From the NCBI RefSeq assembly GCF_032191835.1, contig NC_083223.1:12710001-12774000 (forward strand): 64,000 nt of DNA, read 5' to 3'. This document shows, piece by piece, positions 48,630 to 59,938 of the stretch. The stretch comes from Heteronotia binoei. Its lineage: Eukaryota. The translations under genes and the position numbers were made by a program. Under the pieces are notes generated by a model, which saw nothing but the letters and a program-made list of their open reading frames with translations, ran no database searches and had not been told where the DNA came from. Position 1 is the stretch's first letter. Every line of letters begins with the position of its first letter.

Positions 48630-48937
48630 GTCTTGTAGAAAGGGGAGAGACGTGTGTGGTAAGGTGACTGTATGGGGAAGTCAAAGAGACTGCTTGGTAG
48701 GGGGGGACGATTTTTTAGACTGCTGAGAGCGCTGCCTTTGCTGGAAAGAAGGCTTTTGTTGCGCAGGTCTTCTCTTCCAATATTCGGCCTGCTTAGGAGA
48801 ACGCTGGCGTCTTTGGAAAGATGGTTTCCAAGGTTGTTTGCGAGTGAAGGGTTGCGTAGGTGGTTGAGATACTCCCAGGCGCTTGGCCCTTTTACGACCA
48901 TCGTCAACGGAAGACAAGACCTCATCAGTGGAAGCAT
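46805..48937 (-). CDS. DIRS reverse transcriptase, RNase H and adenine methyltransferase-like ORF (710 aa)
   Basis: RPILDLRKLN, SLDLQDAYFH, LPFGLSTAP, YIDD (48071-48082); RNase H TTDAS...HINCLEL...STDN; MT-like DVFAS...YIFPP...APWWPRQPWF. Confidence 0.93.
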   Translation of the reverse strand: MLPLMRSCLPLTMVVKGPSAWEYLNHLRNPSLANNLGNHLSKDASVLLSRPNIGREDLRNKSLLSSKGSALSSLKNRPPLPSSLFDFPIQSPYHTRLSPFYKTWSSITTDSWVLTIVRLGYAIEFASLPRHHFFVATPPSHHLHQEILDLLQKKAIEPVPPQHRGTGFYSRYFLVPKRDGGKRPILDLRKLNKFIEYRKFRMISLQSILPLIPKNSWMASLDLQDAYFHVTIRPQHRRYLRFAMGQHHFQYVSLPFGLSTAPRVFTKCMAVVAAALRLRNITVFPYIDDWLLIAPTPDQLEANLHAALLLLASLGLRVNVTKSHFTPTQHLNFIGAHLRTSIHRAFLPEDRAMTIISLARLVQLHPIQSALTIQRLLGLMAATTAVLFARLRMRPLQLWFVRAYRPHVQPQSTLLTVPERVLPSLTWWTILENLLEGMPFLPTTPTATVTTDASMWGWGAHLEGKTVRGLWTPQERTLHINCLELIAVHRALQSFLPLIGGRHIQISTDNMATVFYVNKQGGTRSLRLCRIAILLWEWCIKHNIHMTAIHLPGVENVLADSLSRLRIDDHEWSINLTYLRRIFTCFGTPKVDVFASRDNAKCRRFYCRKGNDAFLHLWRGPLHYIFPPTPLLTRVLTKVARDGTDCILIAPWWPRQPWFTRLLQMSQHTYRRLPVVGDLLSQANGQVLHHNPRVLALTAWRIHSPASPQK

Positions 48938-50513
48938 GAAAGAGGCCCAGGCCGTCGAAGGGAAGATCCTCTATCTTCTGCTTGATGTCGGGTTGAAGAT
49001 TTGTGGATCTTAGCCAAGCATGACGACGCAAGGCAACTGAGGAAGCGAAGACGCGGGAGGAACAGGAGACCGCATGGCGAATTGAATTAATCTGTTGTTT
49101 GGAGACCCTGGAGAGCTCAGAAACCAGGGCTGATGCTGTTCTCTGAGAGGAATCAGGAAGCGAAGGTATCAGTGGTGTGAATTGGTTCGCCAGATTAAAA
49201 GTATAAGCGGCGAAATAAGCTAGATAATTGTTAAGCTTCGAGTTGGTGGAAGCAAGTGTGAAGATTTTCCGTGCCAAGGTGTCTAATTTCCTCCCTTCAC
49301 GATCTGGAGGCGTGGGATGTCTGGAGGGTTTGGTCTTCATGGCAGAATGAACAATAATAGAGTTCGGAGCCGGATGTGAGGCGAGGAACTTAGCGTCGGG
49401 GGCATGGACTCGATAGAGGGAGTCCAGCCTCTTTGAAGTGGGGGGTACGGAGGCAGGTTTGTCCCAAGTCTCCTGAAGACCCTCCAAGTGCACCGGTAAC
49501 ATCGGAAGCAAGGACCCGGGCGGAAAGTCCGACTGCACCAAGTCATGTACCATGTCCGACACTTTGGGGGAGTCCGCCTGGAGAGGTATTTTCAGTGCCT
49601 CCGCCATCGAAGTAATTAGGTTGAGGTACGCCTTGGATGCATCCGACGGAGAGAGCCGGAGCTGTTGTGCGGGGTCGGAAGGGATAGATGGAGAGTGGTC
49701 TTCCGAATCCGAAGAGGCTGGGGACTCCCTACCCGAGGAAGATCCCGCCGTGGAGGGAGAGGGTGGATGAACGATCGGTTCCGAGATGGGAGCTGCAGGC
49801 TCCGAGGTCTTGGGAGGAGACCGAAGTCGAGAATCCGGGGCCACGGATACAGTGGCAGAAGCGGTGCGGGGTTTGGCCACGTCTCGGTACCGAGGGTGCT
49901 CCCGTTGTTGACTCGAGGAGCCAGCCTCTTGCTCAGATGATAGAAGGCGGTTAAGGAGTCTGGGTGAGTACTCGAAATGGCTTCGAGGGTCACGAAGTCG
50001 AGAAGGGCGGTCGAAGTGGAGTTGAGGTGAGTTCTCGCGTCGGGTTGGGCGTGCGTAACGAGGCCGAGGCGAACCGCCATAACGGATCCGTGGAGTAGCG
50101 GGATCACGATGGTAGTAAGAGCCTGAGTCCTGATATCTGTGATGGACGTCCCAATCGGAGTGCGAACCGGAATGGTGACGAGACCGACCCTGTCGAGGTG
50201 AGGGCGATCTGGAGAGGGGAGAGTATTCATATCGCCGTCTGGAGTAGTAGTCTTGCTGTTCAAAGTAGACAGAGGAACCGGAGTCGTGGCGGCTGCGCGG
50301 AGAGCGTGATCGGATTCGAATCCGATGGGAGGAGACTTGAGTTGCCGATTCACGGTACAGCGGAGAGAGTGCAACGTCGTGGAAGGAGTCAGGACGCAAA
50401 GATGGGCGTAGATAGGTCTGTGTCGGGTCGGTGGTGCGGTCGGGTTCGAGGATCTCAGAAGGAACCACGCTATGTACTGAAGGTGATCGAGATCGAATCG
50501 GAATGTAAATCAT
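48681..50513 (-). CDS. DIRS gag-like ORF1 (LAP2alpha-type domain, RS-rich N-terminal part), N-terminally truncated
   Basis: 610-codon open frame; ETWDKPASVPPTSKRLDSLY...PPDREGRKLD resembles the DIRS gag/LAP2alpha domain; the ATG at 50513 lies in AT-rich flank and is probably fortuitous. Confidence 0.8.
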   Translation of the reverse strand: MIYIPIRSRSPSVHSVVPSEILEPDRTTDPTQTYLRPSLRPDSFHDVALSPLYRESATQVSSHRIRIRSRSPRSRHDSGSSVYFEQQDYYSRRRYEYSPLSRSPSPRQGRSRHHSGSHSDWDVHHRYQDSGSYYHRDPATPRIRYGGSPRPRYARPTRRENSPQLHFDRPSRLRDPRSHFEYSPRLLNRLLSSEQEAGSSSQQREHPRYRDVAKPRTASATVSVAPDSRLRSPPKTSEPAAPISEPIVHPPSPSTAGSSSGRESPASSDSEDHSPSIPSDPAQQLRLSPSDASKAYLNLITSMAEALKIPLQADSPKVSDMVHDLVQSDFPPGSLLPMLPVHLEGLQETWDKPASVPPTSKRLDSLYRVHAPDAKFLASHPAPNSIIVHSAMKTKPSRHPTPPDREGRKLDTLARKIFTLASTNSKLNNYLAYFAAYTFNLANQFTPLIPSLPDSSQRTASALVSELSRVSKQQINSIRHAVSCSSRVFASSVALRRHAWLRSTNLQPDIKQKIEDLPFDGLGLFHASTDEVLSSVDDGRKRAKRLGVSQPPTQPFTRKQPWKPSFQRRQRSPKQAEYWKRRPAQQKPSFQQRQRSQQSKKSSPPTKQSL

Positions 50514-53141
50514 ATTTACAATGTGGTTTATGTTTATGCTGAGTACTGGTGCAAAAACGGCCAGAAATTGTCATTCTGCAACATGACATGGTGCTCAAAG
50601 TTACCCAAAACAGCACATCCCTTCCCTTGATGCGCACAGCACCCTCGTAAGGTTATTGCTGAAATCCGTAAAATTCAACTATGCAAATAGATTCATCTGT
50701 CAAAGCGTACAGGTAGGCTTTCAAGTCTTAAAGATGAGAGTATTACCTGAAAACGTGACGAATCTAATCACTCGCTTTTGCAGGGCTAAGTATTAAAATA
50801 CGGCTGCGTCAAATACCAATTAATATACTTCTAAAAATATACTGTGCTGAAGTTTAATTAGTTAATGGTATGGGCATATAAATAATTCCGAACATTCATG
50901 CTCCTAACAATTCTTATTATACCAACGTATACCCTGTACCAGGAGTGACAGAGAATGTAAACTGGCGTTTATATGATACCATTTTGCAGTTTTTAAAAAT
51001 GAAGTTATTTTTTAAAAAGCACATTTATCTGTCCTATTTAGATACATAAAGAAATAAGGAATCTTCAGCACTGCTTTTTGTCTTTGGCAATGTTATGTAT
51101 TCAACTCTCTTCAACTGACAGGAAACGCAGGTTTGTTTTCCTACATATCATTATCCTGTAATGCTTTGTTACTTGAAGGCAGAAGTAGACAAGGAAAAGG
51201 CAGTTTCATATGGAGGAAAATTTATTTATTTAGTTAGTTCTTTTGTGAATTTATAGTCCGCCCTTTCCCAAGATGGGCTCAGGGCGGATTACGACACAAT
51301 AAAACAGTTAAGGTGTGAACGGAAAGGGAATTAAACAGTTCACAAGGGGAAAAACCTGACAAGATTGGGCGCTCTATTTCATTTAGATATGCAAGTGGTT
51401 TAAATACTTGCTTCTGGGCCCATAGCTGTGACACGGGTAACCGACAATTCAAAAGCAGGGGGGGGAATTGCGGCCAACAACATAATGAAGCAAAAACAAT
51501 CAATAAAGGTATATTAACAGGACAAGTTACTAGCCTCAGCATAGTGAGGTACAGTACCTCAGGAAGTCTTGCTTTTCACTCACAAAACGAATGCATTCTT
51601 TTAGCCTCTATATGTACAAATAAAACCATGTTTATTCCTCACAGACAAAAGAAAATGTTAAAATGATCTATGGACCACATTGATAAAGCGGCTTTCCTTT
51701 TCTTAAAAGTTACTGTGGGGGGGGGGGAAACCCCACTGTTTTGCTTTTCACGGTGTCTGTCCCTCCGATAAAGAGCCTGTCAATATATAAAAGACAAAAA
51801 ACACCCCTCCAAACAACAGTAACATAAGCCTTCCATATTCTCCAAGACGTGGTTGAAAAGGCCCTGATATGCTATCAGTCTCTTTTCATTTTTTTTTTAA
51901 CTTCACACCCCGCCCCCCCCCCCCCCCCCCCAGGAACGCTCACTGCCTTGGATATGTTCCTCACCCAGGACTTCTTTCAGTCAGTTGTCTCATGTACAAT
52001 CTAACCTTGACAACCACCAAAATGGGAAACCCAATTCCACAGAAAGCATGTCTCACCTTGGGCTTCTATTTTAGCTTCATCTGTCCCCTGGTAAGATGAA
52101 ATGGAGCCTTTCAGAGCATACTCCTGCCAGTGAGAATCTTTTCTCTTAAGTGCTTTTGAATACCACTATGCCACCTGATAACTGCTAAGCCATCAACCGC
52201 TTTAACCAGGGGTGGCCAAACTGGAGCTTGGGAACCACATGTGGCTCTTTCACACATATTGTGTGGCTCTCAAGGCCCCCACCACCCCATCGGCCAATTT
52301 GGAGAAGGCATTTCTCTCTTTAACTTACTTCTCTAAGCCAAGCCAGGCAGCCGTTTGGAAAATGCATTTAAAGTTAAAATTGCTTTCTTTTCACCTCTCC
52401 TTCCCTCCTCCTTCCCCTATCTTCCTTCCTTCCTCCCTGTCTTGCAGCTCTCAAACATCTGACGTTTATTCTACGTGGCTCTTATGGTGAGCAAGTTTGG
52501 CCACCCCTGTGCTATACAGTAGTCAACGCTGACAGACCTGTACGCAAGCTCCATCAGGGTCTTTTAAATTAATTTCCCCATAAGCCAATCCCTCCCCCCG
52601 GCAAACCCACCCCCCCTCATCTGGAAAGTCTTCTTGCAAACAGTTTTGTATAAAACAACAGAAGTCTTCATGAGAAAGAGCTGAGTCAGGCAAAGCACCA
52701 GTTTTTAGATCCGCATTGAAGCCGGCTTTATCACGCTGAAGCAGGGAGAAATACCCAATTTCACATTATAAGAATTTAGTTTTGTTGGAAATAGGGGGAC
52801 TAGTTCTTTGTTGCCCAACAGCCAGCTGAGGGCCATGGCTAAATGGTAGAGCATCTGTTTGGCATGCGGAAGGTCCAGGGTTCAATCGCCGATGCCTCCA
52901 GTTGAAAGGACCAGAGGGCAGGTGATGGGAAAGACTTCAGCCAGAGGCACTGGAGAGCGGCTGCCAGTCTGAATAGGCAAGACTGACCTTGATTGACCAA
53001 TGGTCTGATTCAATATAAGGCAGCTTCATGCATCTCCAGTTGAACGGTTTAAAAAATGGTGCCACGCCGGCAACGTGACTTCAGTTCCAGTGAACATCCG
53101 GAAGTGACATCACATCACCAGTGTGATGTAGATTTGGCAAA

Positions 53142-53435
53142 GGAAAGGAAAGGTCCCCTGTGCAAGCACCAGTCGTTTCCGACTCTGGGGTGACGTTGCT
53201 TTCACAATGTTTTCACGGCAGACTTTTTACGGGGTGGTTTGCCATTGCCTTCCCCAGTCATCTACACTTTCCCCCCAGCAAGTTGGGTACTCCTTTGACC
53301 GACCTCGGAAGGATGGAAGGCTGAGTCAACCTCAAGCTGGCTACCTGAAAACCCAGCTTCCACCGGGGATCGAACTCAGGTCGTGAGCAGCGCTTAGGAC
53401 TGCAGTACTGCAGCTTTAACACTCTGCACCACGGG
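53142..53435 (-). mobile_element. Sauria SINE, full length
   Basis: 11-bp TSD gatttggcaaa at 53131-53141 and 53436-53446. Confidence 0.92.
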
Positions 53436-55755
53436 GATTTGGCAAAACATTACGGTAAAACCATAGCAGGAAGGAAACATTTTTTAAAAACAAAATACCT
53501 AAAATGTGGCTTTAAAAAGATCTTGCTCGTTTAACTACAACATACAAATGAATTCCTATGAAACTTTGTCTTCCTGGTTAGATGAATACGCATCTAGTTA
53601 TTTTCACAACTAGTTATTTTCACAACTAAATCTATTGGGAAACAGACCCACAAACTTTGTGACATTTACAATGCATTTACAACAGTTACAAGTTACTCAC
53701 AGCATCCCGCTGCCCAGTCACGCAATACTATTTGCCTAGTATTCATTACATGCGACATCTTAAAACAACTTTTTAATAGCAAAAAAATCCTGTTAAACTA
53801 GCTACCTCATTAGTGTATCCCGGTAATGACTTCTTCTTTTTTGTTTTGCTGTAGATTACAGATAAGCAAAATCACTAGGGCAAAACTCCCAATAAATTAA
53901 TATTTTATGCTATCATAAAAGTTTATTGGGTGCAGCTCTACGCCATCCATAAATGCTGCAGCATAAATGATGCATGCGATTGGGGTGGGGGGGTGGGGAA
54001 CCACACAGTCAGTGAATTTCTTGTCAAAATATGCTGATTGTGGCAGCTTGCCCAAAGCTAAATCCATTGTAATAAAAATTCCTGGACTGGAACATGGTGC
54101 CGCTGATGTTATTCGCCACCCAAACTGTTTTCCTAGTACATAAACCCAAAGCAAACAGCTGTCAGTTGAGAAACCTGGGAAGAGCTCCGTTGCCAGGCGC
54201 CGCAGAGATTTCTTGCTTTGAAGAACTTGTCAGCTGGGTCTTGGCAAAGAGCGGAGGAGGCCCGATCTGAAGCCGCTGAAAGCACCAGATTAGAACGGCT
54301 TACGTCTTCCGACATTGTGCCGCATCGCTGGGCTGAAATCGCGCCGATAGATGCTTTGGGCAGGTTTTGTGTTTTTTTCAGGCGTCCATGGAATTATATG
54401 CTACATTTGTTGACCTTTAAGTTTGGGGCTTTCTTTGGCGGCCAGCGAAAAGTGGCATTAAAGCCAGAAAGCCTTGCTGTAACTCTGGCGTATTCCTCAA
54501 GGGGAAAGAAAAGAAGGGGGGGGGGAGAACGGGACTCAGGATGTTGCTGTTAAGTAAGTCTCAGAAGCCTACTGTCTTCTCGCAAATTGTTAAGAACTGC
54601 TTCTGCTTTTCTGAACCAGAGCTCTTTCTCCCTTGTCTAAGAAAGTGTGGAGTTCAGGAGGAGGCCGCTAAAAAAAACAAAAGGCACAATATGAAGAGAT
54701 GAACGCACGAAGCTGCCTTCTACTAAATCAGAGCCTCGGTCCACCAAAGGCAGTATTTTCTGCTCAGAATGGCAGCGGCTCTCCAAGGTCTCAGGCAGAA
54801 AAGGGTCTTTCCCACCACCTACTGCCTTCTAACTGGAAATGCCAGGGATCGAACCTGAGACCTTCTGCATGCCAAGCAGAGACTCTTATCACTAAGCCAC
54901 AGTGCCTTCAGTGGCGGAGGTTCACCCCGAGGTTATCTTATGAAAACCGACTTGAATATCAGAAGGCAAAGTGGTGCTGAAAACATGGAACGCGGTTTTA
55001 TGGTCTTTTTCAGCTATAAAATATGGTGGGGAGAAAATCCGGTCATAACTATCCCACCTGGGGTTTCTTGCACTAGTATTTCCTATACACGTGTCCTTCC
55101 ATAATGAAGTGAATCTGTGGCTGAGGACCTAGATCACAACACCCTTTCTAGTCCAGCATATGCAGATCAAATGTTACATCTTCTTCATTTTTACTCCTTT
55201 CGAAAGCTACCTACATTTTACATTTGTGAGCGAGAAAAATTACCAGAGCCTTTGCTTTTGTACTCTGAATTCTAAATGTCACAAATGATGCTCAAGGGAA
55301 TAATGTTAGTAATGAGCAAGGCCGCAAACAGAATGGCAAACGATGGGAATTTTAATTATAGGCGGAGCCAACCACAATAGCCGGAGCCAACCACAAAAAG
55401 TCAGGAAGTGATGTTACGATACATAACCCTAATAGTAAAATGTCAACATTTCTTACAGAGGCTGTATTTTAACAGAATGCCCTTTAAAAAGTATATCACA
55501 TTTCCGTTGCATGCATGCGCAATACTTTCAGCTGGGCGGGAACAATAACACAAGTAATAACTATGTCAGAATTGGAGATTGATGCACCTTAATGGTGAGA
55601 ATCTGTCATTAGATACCATCCATCTCCTTTCTAGCATGGAGGCAAAACAGAATGGGAGCGCCACAATTATGGAACAACTTTGTCTGGGAGGTGCACCTGA
55701 CCCCCTCACTTTTGATCATTAGAAGGCAGTTTTATTAAGGCTGTGCTTGATTAAG

Positions 55756-56057
55756 AGCCCCGTGGCGCAGAGTGGTAGAGCTGCAGTACTGCAGTCCGAG
55801 CTCTCTGCTCACAACCTGAGTTCTATCCCGGCGGAAGCTGCGTTCAGGTAGCCAGCTCAAGGTTGACTCAGCCTTCCATTCTTCTGAGGTCGGTAAAATG
55901 AGTACCCAGCTTGCTGAGGGGGGGGGGGAAGAGTAGATGACTGAGGAAGCCAAGGGCAAACCATCCCATAAAACGTCTGCCGTGAAAACGCAGTGATGCG
56001 ACGTCACCCCAGAGTTGGAAACGACTGGTGCTTGCACAGGGGACTACCTTTTTTGCC
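55756..56057 (+). mobile_element. Sauria SINE, full length
   Basis: 10-bp TSD cttgattaag at 55746-55755 and 56058-56067. Confidence 0.92.
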
Positions 56058-59000
56058 CTTGATTAAGCTTATTAGCAGTCCTAAGGTGTGATTTTAAATT
56101 TAGTAGTAATTAATTTTATTTTATGTATTTTAGCTATGTCGTAAGCCAGCTTGAGCTCCGTAAGAAAGAAAGTCAGCTAACAAAGGCTTTAAATAAATAA
56201 ATACAAATAAATGTATGCTAGCTGGTGATAAAAAGTCTGGCAAAAAGTATGGGAAAAAGAAGCCGAAAACTTTATTTCCTACATTAACTGTTTGTAGAAA
56301 GTAATGACGGTTCAAAAACAGCCGCGGAAAGGGCTTAATTTGCAATATTGACGTATTTTCAGCCATGGGGTAGTCTTGATTAATACACCTTGTGTGCACT
56401 TTATGACAATCCTTCTGCATTCCTGGTGTCTGTGAATGCTCTTTGAGAATACATCCATCATCAGTTAGTCCTCTCCTGTTTAATTATATACCTGCCTGGA
56501 GGCAACGTTTATTGACACAGATAAGGCTTTGTAGACCGAGTCGCTTTCTTTCTTTCTTTTCTATTCCTGCTTCCAGCTAGTAGGAAAACATTATTACTGG
56601 TGTCCTTCACTCACTTCACTCTCCCGTCAATTTGCTGAGCCAGTGAGACTCGATCTCACAAATTAAGAAAAAAAGAAATGCTTGTCAGTACCAACAAGGT
56701 GTCATTTCTTTATCAATGCTCTCCAAATTATATAGCCGTGGTGTAAATCATTTATAAGAGCAGCTGCGGAATGAAAAAGCCAACATTTCAAGAACAAAGC
56801 AAACCCCTGCCTTCGCTGTTAATGTCCCAGCATGGTTCGCGTCACCTTGGACCTCTGGCCGAGAAAGGTGGGTTAGAAGTAACTTGAACAAACAGAATAA
56901 TAATCCATGCTTCCTCCACTGAAATAAGCTTTAACTAGGTCTGCAGCTTGGCATTTTATTACAGCGGAGAGACACGAAGAACCCGGAAGGATGGGCCTCA
57001 CAAAAAGTAGCATTTTGATTTGACTGAACGAAATTTCCGGTTGTTTCTCGGACTCCTCTAAAATCACAATTTAAAAACTGCTCCCTAATCAGGTAGCCGG
57101 CTCGAGGTTGACTCAGCCTTCCATCCTTCCGAGGTTGGTCAAATGAGTCCCCAGCTTGCTGGGGGGAAAGTGTAGTAGATGACTGGGGAAGGCAATGGCA
57201 AACCACCCAGAGAGGGGGGCAGCAGGGAATGCAGGAGACGTGGCCAGCCTAGTAGGGACAGGCCCCAACCGGTCAGTGGACCCCCACCACTGACAGAGAA
57301 GAAGCTGGGGGTCTTGACAGCTAAGTGGTACCCTGTAAGCGGGGAGGCCAACAGCCAGGAAGGGTCAGGATCAGAAGAATTTGGAGGAGGGAGGCTGAGC
57401 CCAGGGAAGAGAACAAAGGACAGATAGCCCTGAGAGTGGGTATCCACCCTCCTTTTATCACTTCCAAGAGAAGAAGAAGAATTGCAGATTTATACCCTGC
57501 CCTTCTCTCTGAATCAGAGACTCAGAGCGGCTTACAATCTCTTATATCTTCTCTCCCCACAACAGACAACCTGTGAGGTGGGTGGGGCTGAGAGGGCTCT
57601 CACAGCAGCTGCCCTTTCAAGGATAACCTCTGCCAGAGCTATGGCTGACCCAAGGCCATTCCAGCAGCTGCAAGTCCAGCAGGTCTGAACCCTGATTGGA
57701 GAGGTGGAGCTGAACCCTGATTGGAGCCAAAGGATTGGGAGTGGAGCCAAGAGTGAGAGAGAGCAAGGTTGGGCTCACTTGTATGGAGGAAGGGAGGGAA
57801 GGAAGGAAGAGGACCGAGGTGCTGAATTCCCTCTCCTTCCCATTCTGAGGTCGGCAGGGAGGCTGGCCCAGAGCCACCCAGGATAGCAGCGGGGGGTGGG
57901 GGGGTGAGACAATACTACGATAGGGAAGCCTCACAAAGGTGGTAGGTACACAACTGACAAAACATGTCCCCTGTTTCTCTCTCTGTCCTGAGTTATGTCC
58001 AACTGCCCTGCAAAGCTACCAGTTCTGGGGGGCCAACATCACATCACATTTCCAAGGGATTTTGTACTGGGAGTGCACGGCGCATGCCCACCCTGGCTCT
58101 GTGTAACATTTCCTGGAGAGCCAGTTTGATGTAGTAGTTAAGTGTGCGGACTTTTATCTGGGAGAACCGGGTTTGATTCCCCACTCCTCCACTTGCACCT
58201 GCTGGAATGGCCTTGGGTCAGCCATAGCTCTGGCAGAGGTTGTCCTTGAAAGGGCAGCTGCTGTGAGAGCCCTCTCAGCCCCACTCCCCTCACAGGGTGT
58301 CTGTTGTGGGGGGAGAAGATATAGGGGGGAAAGTAGAGGAGATTGTGAGCCGCTCTGAGACTCTTCAGAATGGAGGACGGGATATAAATCCAATATCATC
58401 TTCTTCCTTCAAGCATCTAGTTGGTCTCCATGCCCACTTCTCTCTGGTTTGGTCACAGCTACATCTGTCCAGCTCTTTTTCACTTTCCTCCCTTGTTGCA
58501 AATGTAGAGACTCGTGATTTAACGTACAGTTATAATGAACGCTTGCATCGCTCGGTTCTCTTCCAAGGGAAACAAGGGAAAAGAAAGAGATGGGAATTGC
58601 AGCCCCGGTTCCACAGTGAAGCAGCTTCCAGATACAATGGAGAATTAGCTGTCAAGCAAAAAATCCTCTCTCTTTTTATATATATATAAATCTGTGCCAA
58701 AGGCAAGTTTGTGCCAAGTTTTAAGAAGTCCCAACATAATTACAAAATTGCATAAACTCTAGCAAGCGCTGCAATGCTGTATGTAATTACATCCAATCAA
58801 TGAATGACGGTGTTTACCTTCGGTGGCACTGTCCTCAAAATATCCACTCTGGGACAGTATTGCCGAAATTTAAAGTCTGCTTTAAAGGTGTTCAGACGCT
58901 ACTGGCTAGGGAAGCAGTGCACTGGTGGCAATGCAATATATATATCTTGCAATCTTAAAATGTCAGGGCTCAACAAATCCCAGGTGCCAGGTCAACAGGG

Positions 59001-59770
59001 CACCTAGAAATTTTATTGCGCATCGTGGGTCTGCTTGCCGACATCTCACAGGGCGTCTGTTGTTGGGGGGAGGAAGGTAAAGGAGATTGTGAGCCGCTCT
59101 GAGACTCTTTGGAGTGGAGGGCGGGATATAAATCCAATATCATCTTCTTCAACATCATCTCCTTGGATGAGGAGATGGAAAAAGAGGGTCTCATCCCTTG
59201 GATGCTCCAAGACCCGCTGGACAAGACAGAAACAGAAAGGTGCAGAAAGAGCGTCTCACATGAAAGCCAGCCAGCTACACCCTCAGTCCCACCGCCTCAG
59301 GCCTAAGCAGCAGCCTCCCAGTCAACAGCCTCCCAGTCAACCCCAGAGTCACCAGAGCCCTTGGAATGTCAGAGAAGGAGGGCTAGTGTTGTAGCAAGCA
59401 GCTAGCAGCTCAGCACTGCTCAACCACTGCCTGTGAGCTTGAGTCACCGCAGGATCAGGGCTGACGGCCACATAGGCCGCTTGCCCACCCATCAGTTGCA
59501 CCTGTCTCTGGATGACTCAGCAAGGTTTCTTGACAAAAGCAGCCAGAAAAGGGAGAGCCAGCAAAGGAACAACTTGCATATAACCCCGTCGTGTGCCTGC
59601 TATTGTCTCTTGCCTCCTTCTAGACCGGGGGTAGCCAAACTTGCTTAAGGCAAGAGCCACAGAGAAAAAAATGTCAGATGTTGGAGAGCCGCAAGACATT
59701 GAACATCAGAGGTTTGAGAGCCACAAAACATGAATATTAGTAGTAACAGGGCTTACTGCTTATTAACATT

Positions 59771-59938
59771 NNNNNNNNNNNNNNNNNNNNNNNNNNNNNN
59801 NNNNNNNNNNNNNNNNNNNNNNNNNNNNNNNNNNNNNNNNNNNNNNNNNNNNNNNNNNNNNNNNNNNNNNNNNNNNNNNNNNNNNNNNNNNNNNNNNNNN
59901 NNNNNNNNNNNNNNNNNNNNNNNNNNNNNNNNNNNNNN
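59771..59938. other. Assembly gap (168 N) inside a MITE
   Basis: Run of N between the two halves of element 59626-60135. Confidence 0.99.

Larger units (their letters stand above)
45302..50505 (-). mobile_element. DIRS1-group tyrosine-recombinase retrotransposon, 5'-truncated (left ITR absent)
   Basis: gag, RT/RH/MT and YR order with overlapping frames; 59-bp exact inverted repeat 45302-45360 / 45593-45651; abrupt switch to AT-rich host DNA at about 50505. Confidence 0.93.

Noticed and set aside
48672-50542. Plus-strand ORFs and the 252-aa alternative-frame ORF within the DIRS gag region
   Set aside because: Expected shadows of GC-rich coding sequence, with no recognisable domains
50700-50850. 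Possible MACROD2 exon (minus-strand CAG|GTAATA donor near 50745)
   Set aside because: The upstream sequence has stops and no resemblance to the macro-domain protein
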